The position numbers were made by a program, and so were the translations under genes. Shown one piece after another: positions 15,736 through 25,675 of a DNA stretch of 64,000 nucleotides. This stretch comes from Thermodesulfobacteriota bacterium. GTDB lineage: Bacteria; Desulfobacterota_D; UBA1144; Nemesobacterales; UBA2774. A model generated the notes under the pieces. It searched no databases. It saw only the letters and a list, made by a program, of their open reading frames with translations, and was not told the DNA's origin. Location of the stretch: the NCBI GenBank assembly GCA_965216785.1, contig OZ244197.1:480001-544000 (forward strand), read 5' to 3'. Numbering within the stretch: position 1 is the first letter of the stretch; every line of letters starts with the position of its first letter.

Positions 15736-16584
15736 ATGATTAGAAGAGCAGCCAAAAAATTAAAACATCTGGGCCTGCAGCCCCTGCTTCTGCTGATTCT
15801 TTTAGCGGTAACCAGCCCTCTTGCTGTATCATGCTATACAGCGCCTGTAACAGGCAGATCACAGCTTATATTACTTACGCCGTCTCAGGAAAACGAAATG
15901 GGCATCACCGCGTTTAATGAGGTGCTTAAGACCTCAACTATATCAAATAACCAGAGCTACAATGAGACAGTGAGCAGGGTTGGAAACAGAATTGCCCGGG
16001 TTGCGGATACACCCGACTATGAATGGGATTTTAAAGTAATCGAAGACGATGAGCAGATAAACGCGTTCGCGTTACCTGGTGGTAAGGTAGGTGTATATAC
16101 CGGGATATTACCGGTAGCTGAAACCGAAGCCGGTCTCGCGACGGTTATGGCTCATGAAGTCGGGCATGTGGCGGCGCGCCACGGAGGAGAGAGGGTATCT
16201 TCAAGTATGCTGGCCCAGCTAGGCGCAATAGGATTAAGCGCCGCGCTTGGCGGGGGCGACCCGTATGTTACGGAAGCAGTAATGCAGGCATATGGTCTAG
16301 GCGCAAACGTAGGCGTACTGCTGCCGTTCAGCAGGGGTCAGGAATCCGAAGCCGACCGTATCGGGCTCGTATACATGGCCCGCGCGGGTTACGACCCCAG
16401 AGAGGCCATAGCTTTCTGGGAAAGAATGGACGAAGCCGTCAGGGGAAAACCTCAGCCTCCGGAATTCCTGTCGACTCACCCGGGTTACGGAACTAGGATA
16501 AGTAACCTCAAGATGTGGCTTCCCGAAGCTATACCGTATTACGAGAATTCACAAAAAGCCCCTAACAATCCTATAACCAAATAA
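15736..16584 (+). CDS. M48 family Zn metallopeptidase lipoprotein
   Basis: Lipobox-like LAVSC; motifs TGRSQL, INAFALPGG, HEVGH, FSRGQESEAD and FLSTHP. Confidence 0.92.
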   Translation: MIRRAAKKLKHLGLQPLLLLILLAVTSPLAVSCYTAPVTGRSQLILLTPSQENEMGITAFNEVLKTSTISNNQSYNETVSRVGNRIARVADTPDYEWDFKVIEDDEQINAFALPGGKVGVYTGILPVAETEAGLATVMAHEVGHVAARHGGERVSSSMLAQLGAIGLSAALGGGDPYVTEAVMQAYGLGANVGVLLPFSRGQESEADRIGLVYMARAGYDPREAIAFWERMDEAVRGKPQPPEFLSTHPGYGTRISNLKMWLPEAIPYYENSQKAPNNPITK

Positions 16585-16621
16585 TATTCGATCATCGGTT
16601 TTATAGTATTTCTGACCCAAC

Positions 16622-17281
16622 GTGAGTAAATCAAAGAGAATTAATACTTTTTACAAAGAGCTCTACAAGCGCTACGGACCACAGAGCTGGTGGCCCGGAG
16701 ACTCTGCGCTCGAGTGCATTCTAGGCGCTGTGCTTACTCAGAATACCTCCTGGACCAATGCCGAAAAAGCAATTTCTAACCTTAAAAAAGGGAACATTAT
16801 CAATATTGATAAATTGGCCTCTGTACGCACAGAGGAACTCGCCTCCCTCATCCGCCCCTCTGGGTACTACAACCAGAAGGCGCTGAAGATAAAGCACTTT
16901 ATTTCCTTCGTAGTTGAAAATTATGATGGGGACCTGGAGAGAATGTTCGAGGAACAAACCAATAAGCTGAGAAATATGCTCCTGACTATAAAAGGGATAG
17001 GCCCTGAGACTGCGGATACTATTTTGCTTTACGCGGCTCAAAAGCCCGTCTTTGTCATAGACGCATATACATACCGCGTGCTTTCAAGACACGGCCTGGT
17101 TCCGGAGCAAACCTCATACGATGAAATGCAGGAATTGTTTATGGATACGCTTTCAGAAGATACAAAAGTATTTAACGAATACCATGCTCTTCTCGTAAGG
17201 GTCGGGAAAGAGCATTGCAGTAAACGCTCGCCCAAATGTGAGGGCTGTCCACTTCAATACGACCCCCACACTATCTTGTAA
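16622..17281 (+). CDS. Endonuclease III-related HhH-GPD DNA glycosylase
   Basis: Motifs WWPG, GAVLTQNTSW, IRPSGYYNQKA, LLTIKGIGPETADTILLYA, FVIDAY and CSKRSPKCEGCPL. Confidence 0.9.
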   Translation: MSKSKRINTFYKELYKRYGPQSWWPGDSALECILGAVLTQNTSWTNAEKAISNLKKGNIINIDKLASVRTEELASLIRPSGYYNQKALKIKHFISFVVENYDGDLERMFEEQTNKLRNMLLTIKGIGPETADTILLYAAQKPVFVIDAYTYRVLSRHGLVPEQTSYDEMQELFMDTLSEDTKVFNEYHALLVRVGKEHCSKRSPKCEGCPLQYDPHTIL

Positions 17282-17342
17282 TAAGGTGTTATAACATTCA
17301 GCTATTATAAGGATTATTTGTGGAAAATATTGAGACTGCGCT

Positions 17343-17696
17343 TTAGTTAAGCCCGTTTTTCGCTACATCTACTACTGCCTTAAAGCTTTCGGGCTCTCTT
17401 ATGGCCATCTCGGACAGGCTCTTTCTGTCAAGCTCGACACCGGCCTTGATCAACGATCCCATGAACTTGCTGTAGGAAAGACCGTGCGGTCTCACAGCGG
17501 CATTAATCCTTGCAATCCAGAGCTTCCTGAAGTCTCTTTTTCTCTGCCTTCTGTCCCTGTACGCAAAGGCAAGCGCCCTGATTACGGTTTCATTGGCTCT
17601 TCTTATATTGTTCTTTCTTCTGCCCCAGTAGCCCTTAGCCTGTTTTAGCAGCCTCTTTCTTCTCTTCCTGGAAGCAACTCCTCTTTTTATTCTCAT
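17343..17696 (-). CDS. rplT: 50S ribosomal protein L20
   Basis: MRIKRGV, AKGYWG, AYRDRRQRKRDFRKLWIARINAA; position in the thrS-infC-rpmI-rplT operon. Confidence 0.98.
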   Translation of the reverse strand: MRIKRGVASRKRRKRLLKQAKGYWGRRKNNIRRANETVIRALAFAYRDRRQRKRDFRKLWIARINAAVRPHGLSYSKFMGSLIKAGVELDRKSLSEMAIREPESFKAVVDVAKNGLN

Positions 17697-17769
17697 TTCA
17701 TTCTCCCGCTAATATTAAACACAATAAGTGCGTTATTTCTATTAAATTATACCGCTTAAATAACTGGCC

Positions 17770-17973
17770 CTACTTATAAGGCACATAAGTCTTTATTCTT
17801 TTAGCCTCGCTGCCTGTTAAGAATTCAGGCTCGTTCAGCCTTCTTTTACGTTTTCTGTTTTTCTTCACGTTTAAGTGGCTGCCACCGCCCTTTGCTCTTT
17901 TAACTTTACCGGTCCCTGTTAGCTTGAACCTTTTAGCAGCGCTTCTATTCGACTTTACTTTCACTTTTGGCAT
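17770..17973 (-). CDS. rpmI: 50S ribosomal protein L35
   Basis: MPK..KSNRSAAKRFKLTGTGKVKR. The alternative start is 17979, and the gene overlaps the infC 3' end. Confidence 0.95.
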   Translation of the reverse strand: MPKVKVKSNRSAAKRFKLTGTGKVKRAKGGGSHLNVKKNRKRKRRLNEPEFLTGSEAKRIKTYVPYK

Positions 17974-18529
17974 TTTCATTCCCGCCTTTGAGATTTTTCT
18001 TTGGTGTTATCACCATCGTTAAGTTTTTACCCTCGAGCTTTGGTGGTATGTCCACACCACCCAAGTCAGAAACACGCTCGAGTATTTTATTTGCTAGCAT
18101 TCTTCCGAGGTCAGAATGTACAATTTCCCTTCCCCTGAAGAATATCCGTATCTTAGTTTTATTATCGTCTTCTAAAAACTCCCTTATCCTGTTGATCTTA
18201 ACATCCAGATCGTGATCCCCGATGTTTGGTCTGAACTTAACCTCTTTAAGACCCTGTACTTTTTGTTTTTTGGCCGCCGCCTGCTTTTTCAGTTCATATT
18301 TATACTTACCATAATCCATCATTCTGCAAACCGGCGGGTTTGCGTTGGGAGCGACCTCTACTAGATCAACGCCCCTTTCTTCCGACATGTTAAGAGCTTC
18401 GCGGGTCTGAACCACGCCTAATTGCCCTCCGTCTTCGTCTACGAGTCTAACTTCCCGCGCCCTGATTCTGTTATTAATCCTTACTTCAGGCTCTCTTTGT
18501 CGGGAGCCCCTTCCTTTCATTCTAGCTAT
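17945..18529 (-). CDS. infC: Translation initiation factor IF-3, probable ATA start
   Basis: Motifs RINNRIRAREVRLVD, DLVEVAPNANPPVCRMMDYGKYKY and KEVKFRPNIGDHD. An in-frame ATA at 18529 lies 9 nt after GGAGGT and overlaps the thrS stop. Confidence 0.95.
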   Translation of the reverse strand: MARMKGRGSRQREPEVRINNRIRAREVRLVDEDGGQLGVVQTREALNMSEERGVDLVEVAPNANPPVCRMMDYGKYKYELKKQAAAKKQKVQGLKEVKFRPNIGDHDLDVKINRIREFLEDDNKTKIRIFFRGREIVHSDLGRMLANKILERVSDLGGVDIPPKLEGKNLTMVITPKKNLKGGNENAKSESKVE

Positions 18530-20460
18530 TGCGTTTCTACCTCCCTCCATTTTTCAGGATCAAGCTCATCCTGTATGTGCTTCAAAAACTTATCAACTTT
18601 CATTGAATCCATATTTTTACCGCCGAGCCTTCTGGGTGAAACCGTCTGCTCGGCAACTTCGTTATTTCCGATAACAAGCAGGTAAGGAACTTTCTCTACC
18701 TGCGCTTCCCTTACTTTAAAACCGAGCTTTTCGTTTCTAAAATCTTTTTCGACCCTTATCTTAGCTTCCTTTAATCTCCTGTAAACCTCTTCCCCGTACT
18801 CCACCTGCTCATCCCCTATCGTGGCAATTCTCACCTGCACAGGACTCAGCCATAGTGGAAACGCGCCGCCGTAATGCTCGACCAGCACGCCGAAGAACCT
18901 TTCCATAGATCCAAATATAGCTCTATGGATCATTATAGGCCTGTGGCGGCTGTTGTCATCCCCAACATAGCTCATATCGAAGCGTTCGGGAAGGTTAAAA
19001 TCTACCTGAACTGTAGAGCACTGCCAAGCTCTGCCCAATACGTCCTTAATTTTAAGGTCTATCTTTGGTCCGTAAAAAGCCCCTCCGCCCTCGTCCATAT
19101 CGTACTTTAACCCCTTTGAGTCAAGCGCGTCTTTTAGAGCGTGCGTGGCTTTATCCCAGACTTCCACATCACCGACAAATTTCTCGGGCCGCGTCGAGAG
19201 GTATATCTCAAAATCGTCAAACCCAAAAGTTTTAAGGAATAGGATTGTTAAATCGAGAACGCCGAGAACTTCTTCCGTAATCTGGTCGGGCCTGCAGAAT
19301 ATATGCGCATCGTCCTGTGAAAATCCCCTCACACGAAGCAGCCCGTGAAGCACTCCGGAGCGCTCATAGCGGTATACGGTGCCTATCTCAGCCCAGCGGA
19401 GTGGAAGGTCCCTGTAGCTCCTGATCCGGGTCTGGTAAATCTTTATATGAAACGGGCAGTTCATGGGCTTAATCTGATACTCACTATTCTCAAGCTCCAT
19501 CGAGGGGTACATGTTCTCTCTGTAAAAATCCACGTGCCCGCTTGTTTTCCATAAATCTAAATTTGCGATATGTGGTGTATACAAGAGCTCATAACCGGCC
19601 CGATCATGCTGCTCGCGCCAGAAATCCTCAATTACCCGCCTTACGCGTGAGCCCTTCGGGTGCCAGAGTACAAGCCCAGCCCCCACTTCATCCTGTATAG
19701 AGAACAGGTCAAGCTCTTTACCCACTTTTCTGTGATCTCTTTTTTTCGCTTCCTCTAATTTCTCAAGATACTTTTTTAAATCTTTATTATTCCAAAACGC
19801 CGTGCCGTATATCCTCTGGAGCATCGGCTTTTTCTCGTCCCCTCTCCAGTACGCCCCCGCAATGCTAAGTAGCTTAAAGGATTTTACATCCCCCGTGGAA
19901 GGCGCGTGAGGACCGCGGCAAAGGTCGTGCCACTCTCCCTGCTCGTAAATGGTAATCTGCTCATCAGGCGGGAGGTCATTTACAATCTCGACCTTATAAT
20001 CCTCACCCTCATCGGAAAAAGTGGAAATGGCCTCGTCCCTGGACACTTTTTTCCTGGTAAGAGGCTTTTTTTGCGAGACAATCTCTTTCATCTTAGCTTC
20101 GATTTGCTCCAGGTCCTCCGGAGTGAATCCGCGCGAGTAATCAAAGTCGTAATAAAACCCATTCTCAATTACTGGGCCTATGGTAACTTTGGCATCGGGG
20201 AATATTTCCTGCACCGCTTCTGCCATCACGTGGGCAGCAGTGTGCCTGATGAGCCCCAGCCCTTCTTCCGAGCCTGCTTTTACAGGCTCTACGGTCGAGT
20301 TCTCATTTACCTCAAACCAAAAATCCACAAGCTCGCCGTTCACCTTTGCGCCTACGGTTCCGCCTGTCTTGCCGAGTGATTCTATTATTTCCCCGACGGC
20401 TGTGCCCTTAGGAAAGGTAGTCTCTTCCCCGCCAGGGAGATTTATCTGGATTTCTTCCAT
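18526..20460 (-). CDS. thrS: Threonyl-tRNA synthetase
   Basis: TGS domain; motifs RHTAAHVMA, DLCRGPH, GAYWRGDE, KPMNCP and FYGPKID. Confidence 0.99.
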   Translation of the reverse strand: MEEIQINLPGGEETTFPKGTAVGEIIESLGKTGGTVGAKVNGELVDFWFEVNENSTVEPVKAGSEEGLGLIRHTAAHVMAEAVQEIFPDAKVTIGPVIENGFYYDFDYSRGFTPEDLEQIEAKMKEIVSQKKPLTRKKVSRDEAISTFSDEGEDYKVEIVNDLPPDEQITIYEQGEWHDLCRGPHAPSTGDVKSFKLLSIAGAYWRGDEKKPMLQRIYGTAFWNNKDLKKYLEKLEEAKKRDHRKVGKELDLFSIQDEVGAGLVLWHPKGSRVRRVIEDFWREQHDRAGYELLYTPHIANLDLWKTSGHVDFYRENMYPSMELENSEYQIKPMNCPFHIKIYQTRIRSYRDLPLRWAEIGTVYRYERSGVLHGLLRVRGFSQDDAHIFCRPDQITEEVLGVLDLTILFLKTFGFDDFEIYLSTRPEKFVGDVEVWDKATHALKDALDSKGLKYDMDEGGGAFYGPKIDLKIKDVLGRAWQCSTVQVDFNLPERFDMSYVGDDNSRHRPIMIHRAIFGSMERFFGVLVEHYGGAFPLWLSPVQVRIATIGDEQVEYGEEVYRRLKEAKIRVEKDFRNEKLGFKVREAQVEKVPYLLVIGNNEVAEQTVSPRRLGGKNMDSMKVDKFLKHIQDELDPEKWREVETQ

Positions 20461-20476
20461 GTTAGTATTTTGTAAG

Positions 20477-20551
20477 TGGTGAGCACGACTGGATTTGAAC
20501 CAGCGACCTCTTGCGTGTCAAGCAAGCGCTCTCCCCCTGAGCTACGCGCTC
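20477..20551 (-). tRNA. tRNA-Val (GAC)
   Basis: Cloverleaf GAGCGCG...CGTGCTC-ACCA; anticodon arm CTTGC-TT GAC AC-GCAAG; T-loop GGTTCAAATCC. Confidence 0.96.
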
Positions 20552-20687
20552 TTATTTATTAAAACGTTTAAGTTTCTTATATAAATTGTACCCTGTCAAG
20601 ATAATAATTCTATGGGTCTAAATGCGGTTTTATTGCTATGGATATAAAACCTTGGTAACCTAAAGCTATCTTAGCTTAAAAACAGAT

Positions 20688-20761
20688 TGGGCCGTCGTCT
20701 AATGGTAGGACCCTGGCCTTTGACGCCAGTTGTAGAGGTTCGAATCCTCTCGGCCCAGCCA
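20688..20761 (+). tRNA. tRNA-Gln (TTG)
   Basis: Acceptor stem TGGGCCG/CGGCCCA with U1-A72; anticodon arm CTGGC-CT TTG AC-GCCAG; GGTTCGAATCC; encoded CCA. Confidence 0.96.
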
Positions 20762-20825
20762 ATTTTTCTGCTATAAAACTCCTCATCCATCCTTATATCA
20801 GTAACATAATGATCATTGCGCCAAC

Positions 20826-21713
20826 TCATATCATTTCATCAATTTTCTTACATAACCTTACAAACTCATGCTCCTTTTTCAGATCCAGCAAATCAGTAAA
20901 CTTCTTTTTCAGTGGTTTTCCTCTCCACTCAAAGTACCCGTTGTACATATCGTCATTATCCGAAAGTTCGAGCAGATAATCAGCCAGATCCTGAGGATTG
21001 TCCCACTTTGACGCATCGATAAAGCACTTTTCCCCGGGAGAGTAATCATCTATATTGGGAGCGCCCAGATAGACCGGAACTGAGCCGGCGATTAAAGGCT
21101 CATAGAATTTTTCAGTGACATAGTCCCGCGCTACGGCATTTTCAAAAGCCAGAGTGAACTTATAAGTAGACATAGCGTCTAATTTGCTATGCAACCCCTC
21201 ATCGCTCTGAAGAGATTTGGTATTGAGCACTTGGCCGTATGAGTGAACTTTAAGTCGTCCCATCAATTGCATTAGCAACTGGACTCTCCCGCTTTTATTT
21301 TTATTGCTCGATATAAAAGCGTCAACCGTGTTTCCGGGGGGTTTTTCAGATACCGGGCGCTTAATTAATTCAATGAAGTTTTGGAGTGCGTACGGAGTAA
21401 AAACATCCGATTCGGGATTATATGTCATAGTAAGATCAAAATGATCCATAAACACGGGATCGGCCATTTGAGGATAATGCGCTTCACATTCCATAGACCA
21501 CGCAACCCATAATTGCCCTTTGTTTTTAAGTAGTTTTCTATGTGTAATAAAATCGGAAGGAAGAGAGGGTATATGAAAAACTACTGCTACCGCTTGCTCC
21601 ATCATGCTCCGGTCAGTTGTTATAACGTACCCTTGTGGTAAATCCTCCTCAGGGTAGTTTAGCGGTTCGTTCCACATTTTGTTGTAAAAAAGTATTACTT
21701 TACGATTATCCAT
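20826..21713 (-). CDS. Alpha-1,3-fucosyltransferase (GT10 family)
   Basis: GT10 motif YKFTLAFENAVARDYVTEKFYEPLIAGSVPVYLGAPNI; WSMEC and TMTY..SD motifs. Confidence 0.9.
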   Translation of the reverse strand: MDNRKVILFYNKMWNEPLNYPEEDLPQGYVITTDRSMMEQAVAVVFHIPSLPSDFITHRKLLKNKGQLWVAWSMECEAHYPQMADPVFMDHFDLTMTYNPESDVFTPYALQNFIELIKRPVSEKPPGNTVDAFISSNKNKSGRVQLLMQLMGRLKVHSYGQVLNTKSLQSDEGLHSKLDAMSTYKFTLAFENAVARDYVTEKFYEPLIAGSVPVYLGAPNIDDYSPGEKCFIDASKWDNPQDLADYLLELSDNDDMYNGYFEWRGKPLKKKFTDLLDLKKEHEFVRLCKKIDEMI

Positions 21714-21888
21714 AACAATTCTTCAGAATCATATCCTAATTTTTATACATATCAGGTTTCTATTCTAAATTAGCCGGGTACTTTTTAGGGTATCTTGTCA
21801 AAACTGATTAATCCATGTCTAAACTGAGGTGAACATTAAGGCTGCTCACTACTAAATATCACATATCACAAAGGTAAAAGATAAAAGA

Positions 21889-24063
21889 ATGAACACTACA
21901 GACAATCTAAATCCGGCGCAAAAAGAGGCCGTAACGCACGGCAAAGGACCTCTGCTTGTCCTTGCCGGCGCGGGCTCGGGTAAAACTAAAATAATCACCG
22001 AGCGAATAGCTCACCTGGTAGGAGCAAAAAATATTGCGCCGAGAAACATCCTGGCCGTAACCTTTACAAACAAAGCGGCAAACGAAATGAAAGGGCGCAT
22101 TAACGGGCTTATAGGTGAGGACGCGCGTAGCCTATGGATCGGCACTTTTCACTCTGTTTGTCTAAGGGTTCTTAAGAGAGAGATAACAAACTTAGAAGGC
22201 TTTGGAAGAGATTTCACCATATACGACGATGCAGACCAAATAAAGCTCATTAAGCAATGTATGGCAGAGCTCGATATAAGCGACCGAACTTATACTCCTA
22301 GGTCAATACGCTCCAAGATAGACGGAGCAAAAAATAAAGGGCTCGGTCCGGAGGAGCTTAAGGCGGACGTATACGAGGAGACTGTATCAAAAGTTTACGA
22401 TCTTTATGAACAAGAGCTTCGGAAAGCAAACGCACTTGATTTCAGTGACCTGCTTCATGTGACAGTAAGGCTATTCACAGAGAAAGCGGATGTGCTTAAG
22501 AGATACCAGACGCTTTTTCAGTACATACTCGTGGACGAGTACCAGGACACAAACCCCGTTCAGTATAAAATCGTAGAGCTTCTATCAAAGAAACACAAAA
22601 ATCTATTCGTCGTAGGCGACGACAACCAATCGATTTACGGCTGGAGAGGGGCCGATATTACAAACATACTCGACTTCGAGAAGGACTTTCCCGATACAAA
22701 GATCATAAAGCTCGAGAGAAATTACCGCTCGACAAAAACTATACTTGAGGCTTCAAATAAGCTTATCTCCTATAACAAACACCGGCACGAAAAAGAGCTT
22801 TGGTCCGAAAACGGCCTAGGTGAGCCGATTTCTTATTACCTTGCCCGAAACGAAAAAGACGAAGCAAAGTACGTGGGCACACAGATACAGCTCGAGGCCG
22901 CGAAAAAAGAATACGCGCATAAAGATATAGCTATATTTTACAGGACCAATACTCAATCGCGTCAAATTGAGGAGGAGCTACTATACCGCTCTATACCTTA
23001 CAGAATCGTGGGCGGAATCGGCTTCTATCAGAGAGCCGAGGTAAAGGATGTATTGGCATATTTGAGAGTAATTGCAAACCCTCAAGACGAAATGAGCCTT
23101 AGGCGAATTATAAACGTGCCGGCAAGGGGAATAGGCAAAGGAACAATTGAGAAGCTTGAAGAAATAGCAGCTAAAAACAGCGTTTCGCTGTTTGACGCTT
23201 TGGGATTGGCGGCAGGGGATAGTACTATCCCTAAAGGCACTTCCGCAAAGTTAGATAAATTTCATAAATTGACAACAGGGCTCATTTCTTTCTCAGAGTG
23301 TAACGGCATAGGCGAGCTCATCGACCATGTACTTCAAAAGACTGGGTACCTCGACATACTCGAGCGTGAGCCCGAAAGGCGCGAAAACGTAGGTGAGCTT
23401 TTTAATATTGCGGCTGAATTTGAAAAAGAAGGAGATAAACAAGATATTCCGGAGCGTGAAGAAGGGAATACTGAGCTGAACGAATTCCTAGACCGGGTTT
23501 CGCTCGCGAGCGATCTCGATACTTATAACGAGAATACCGATCAAGTAGCGCTCATGACACTCCATTCTGCAAAGGGTCTCGAGTTCCCGGTGACATTTAT
23601 TATCGGTTTAGAGGAAAACCTGCTTCCTCATTTTAACTCTATAAGAGAAGGAGAAATAGAGGAGGAACGCAGACTCCTCTACGTGGGACTCACGAGAGCA
23701 AAGGAAAAGATATATCTCACGAGCTCCTCCAGAAGGCTCGTATTCGGCAAGGAAGAAACCCCTTCACCTTCGAGATTCCTATCTGAAATTCCGGAAGAAT
23801 TTATTAACGCTCATGTACATCAGGGCGGTCTCAACAGGACCGTTACGGAGAGAGCTAAAAGATCCACTCTACCGCGCAAGGCGTCCGTGAAAAAGAGCGG
23901 CAACGGTAAGAGTTATAAAGCGGGACAGCAGATAGAGCACAGCAAATTCGGCCTCGGCACGATCAGAAAAGTAGACGGCAGCGGGAACGACGCCAAGGTT
24001 ACAGTGCACTTCGCCCGCTACGGGACTAAAAAAATCATTGCGAGCTACCTGGAGAAAAAATAG
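21889..24063 (+). CDS. pcrA: ATP-dependent DNA helicase PcrA/UvrD
   Basis: Motifs LAGAGSGKT, TFTNKAA, VDEYQDTN, VGDDNQSIYGWRGA, TLHSAKGLEFP and EERRLLYVGLTRA; C-terminal Tudor-like domain. Confidence 0.95.
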   Translation: MNTTDNLNPAQKEAVTHGKGPLLVLAGAGSGKTKIITERIAHLVGAKNIAPRNILAVTFTNKAANEMKGRINGLIGEDARSLWIGTFHSVCLRVLKREITNLEGFGRDFTIYDDADQIKLIKQCMAELDISDRTYTPRSIRSKIDGAKNKGLGPEELKADVYEETVSKVYDLYEQELRKANALDFSDLLHVTVRLFTEKADVLKRYQTLFQYILVDEYQDTNPVQYKIVELLSKKHKNLFVVGDDNQSIYGWRGADITNILDFEKDFPDTKIIKLERNYRSTKTILEASNKLISYNKHRHEKELWSENGLGEPISYYLARNEKDEAKYVGTQIQLEAAKKEYAHKDIAIFYRTNTQSRQIEEELLYRSIPYRIVGGIGFYQRAEVKDVLAYLRVIANPQDEMSLRRIINVPARGIGKGTIEKLEEIAAKNSVSLFDALGLAAGDSTIPKGTSAKLDKFHKLTTGLISFSECNGIGELIDHVLQKTGYLDILEREPERRENVGELFNIAAEFEKEGDKQDIPEREEGNTELNEFLDRVSLASDLDTYNENTDQVALMTLHSAKGLEFPVTFIIGLEENLLPHFNSIREGEIEEERRLLYVGLTRAKEKIYLTSSSRRLVFGKEETPSPSRFLSEIPEEFINAHVHQGGLNRTVTERAKRSTLPRKASVKKSGNGKSYKAGQQIEHSKFGLGTIRKVDGSGNDAKVTVHFARYGTKKIIASYLEKK

Positions 24064-24099
24064 CTAGTTGAGACATGAAGAAACCGCCCCGGTCAATCC

Positions 24100-25548
24100 C
24101 TAAGATGAACAGCTAATCACAAGGTTCGCGCCTTCGGGTGAAGGCTCTGCATATTCTTCATACTGCAGCTGTTCGGAATACGGTTTCCTGAGGATATTAT
24201 GTAGACGCTCTATTTCCGAGTAATCATGCTCGTCCACGGCTTTTCTAATGGCTTTCTCCGCAAGGGAGTTTCTGAGTACAAATTTCGGGTTGAGCATGTC
24301 CATTAGTTTCTTGCGCTCAATATCATTACTGTTTTCATCTTTCAAACGCGCCTTGTATATCTGTACCCAATCGCGGAATGCACCCGAGTCAAACGTGCTA
24401 CCGGCCCCATCTTCCGTTGAGAAATCGCTGAGCACTCTGAAAGTATTCGTATAGTCAGCTTTTTCGTCCCGCATAATTTGGAGAAGATTCTTAATCAGTT
24501 CCCCGTCATTTTTTTGTGATGTATTGAGCCCGAGCTTTTCACTCATCATTTTAAGATAGTTCAGGGAATAGCCGTTTTTGAAAGCGCTGAGCGCTTCCTG
24601 CGCTTCTTCCCTCGGCACAAGAGATTCGAGAGAGCTTGCGAATTTACTCAAATTCCAAAACGCTATACCCGGTTGGTTCTCAAATGAGTATCTACTGAAA
24701 TGGTCCGAGTGATTGGGCGTATATTCTGGGTCGTACTCCTCCATAAACCCGAACGGGCCGTAATCGATCGTAAGCCCCAGCACGGACATATTGTCCGTAT
24801 TCATCACGCCGTGGGTAAAACCCGCGGCCTGCCACTGCGCGATAAGCCTCGCTGTCCTTTCCACAACTTCAATCAGGAACTTACGATATTTATCGGTCTC
24901 TTCATTAACCTCGGGGAAATGCTGAGAGATTGTATAATCTGCCAGTATTTTGAGCAAATCTTCACGGCCGGTGTAGTGAAACGCTTCAAACGAGCCAAAG
25001 CGCACGTGTGAGGGCGACATCCTGAGCATCATAGCTCCCCTCTCGGTTGTCTCGCGCTCCACCTTTTCATCGCTCCCGATTATACACAGCGCTCTAGTTG
25101 TAGGGATCCCCAGCGCGTGCATAGCCTCTGAGCACAAGTACTCCCTGATCGTAGAGCGGAGCACCGCCCTTCCGTCAAATACGCGTGAATATCGGGTACG
25201 CCCCGAGCCCTTCAGATGAAGGTCCCATTTCTTTCCCTTTTTATTCCTTACCTCCCCCAGCAGGATTGCTCTACCGTCCCCTATGTCCGGGTTGTAGACG
25301 CCGAACTGATGCCCCGTGTAATACATCGCAAGAGGCTCTGAGCCAGGCAATGTCTTTTTACCCGAGAAGTACTCTACAAACTCCGGTGTAAGCGCTTCCT
25401 TGGGATCAAGATCCAAGAGCTCTGCCGCGTCAGTGTTAAAAGCTACCAAATGGGGGTTAAGAAAACCTTTGGGACTTACCAAGTCATAAAAATCTTCAGG
25501 AAGCTTTTTGTAAGTGTTGTCAAAGCTGAGCTCGTGTAATTTTAGCAA
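24100..25548 (-). CDS. selO: Protein adenylyltransferase SelO (YdiU/UPF0061)
   Basis: Motifs YTGHQFG, GDGRA, LKGSGRT, DGRAVLRSTIREYL, HGVMNTDN and IDYGPFGF; C-terminal SCSS. Confidence 0.95.
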   Translation of the reverse strand: MLKLHELSFDNTYKKLPEDFYDLVSPKGFLNPHLVAFNTDAAELLDLDPKEALTPEFVEYFSGKKTLPGSEPLAMYYTGHQFGVYNPDIGDGRAILLGEVRNKKGKKWDLHLKGSGRTRYSRVFDGRAVLRSTIREYLCSEAMHALGIPTTRALCIIGSDEKVERETTERGAMMLRMSPSHVRFGSFEAFHYTGREDLLKILADYTISQHFPEVNEETDKYRKFLIEVVERTARLIAQWQAAGFTHGVMNTDNMSVLGLTIDYGPFGFMEEYDPEYTPNHSDHFSRYSFENQPGIAFWNLSKFASSLESLVPREEAQEALSAFKNGYSLNYLKMMSEKLGLNTSQKNDGELIKNLLQIMRDEKADYTNTFRVLSDFSTEDGAGSTFDSGAFRDWVQIYKARLKDENSNDIERKKLMDMLNPKFVLRNSLAEKAIRKAVDEHDYSEIERLHNILRKPYSEQLQYEEYAEPSPEGANLVISCSS

Positions 25549-25675
25549 TGTCTTCCAAACTCCGGCGCGTTATAGTAATATCCGTATAGTTTACAGCTTA
25601 GAAGCCGGAGCTAAAAACTATATAGGTATGAAAACCGCTTTCAGGAGCTAAAGGGCTTGGTAATATTGCCTCACC

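Noticed and set aside
20461-20600. T-box or thrS operator leader
   Set aside because: tRNA-Val ends 16 nt upstream of the thrS start, which leaves no space, and no T-box motif is present.
20762-21888. Integrative element or att site at tRNA-Gln
   Set aside because: No integrase, and no visible duplication of the tRNA 3' end beyond the GT10 gene.
24100-24120. Selenocysteine in the SelO C-terminus
   Set aside because: The gene ends TGT-TCA-TCT-TAG (Cys-Ser-Ser-stop), with no in-frame TGA.
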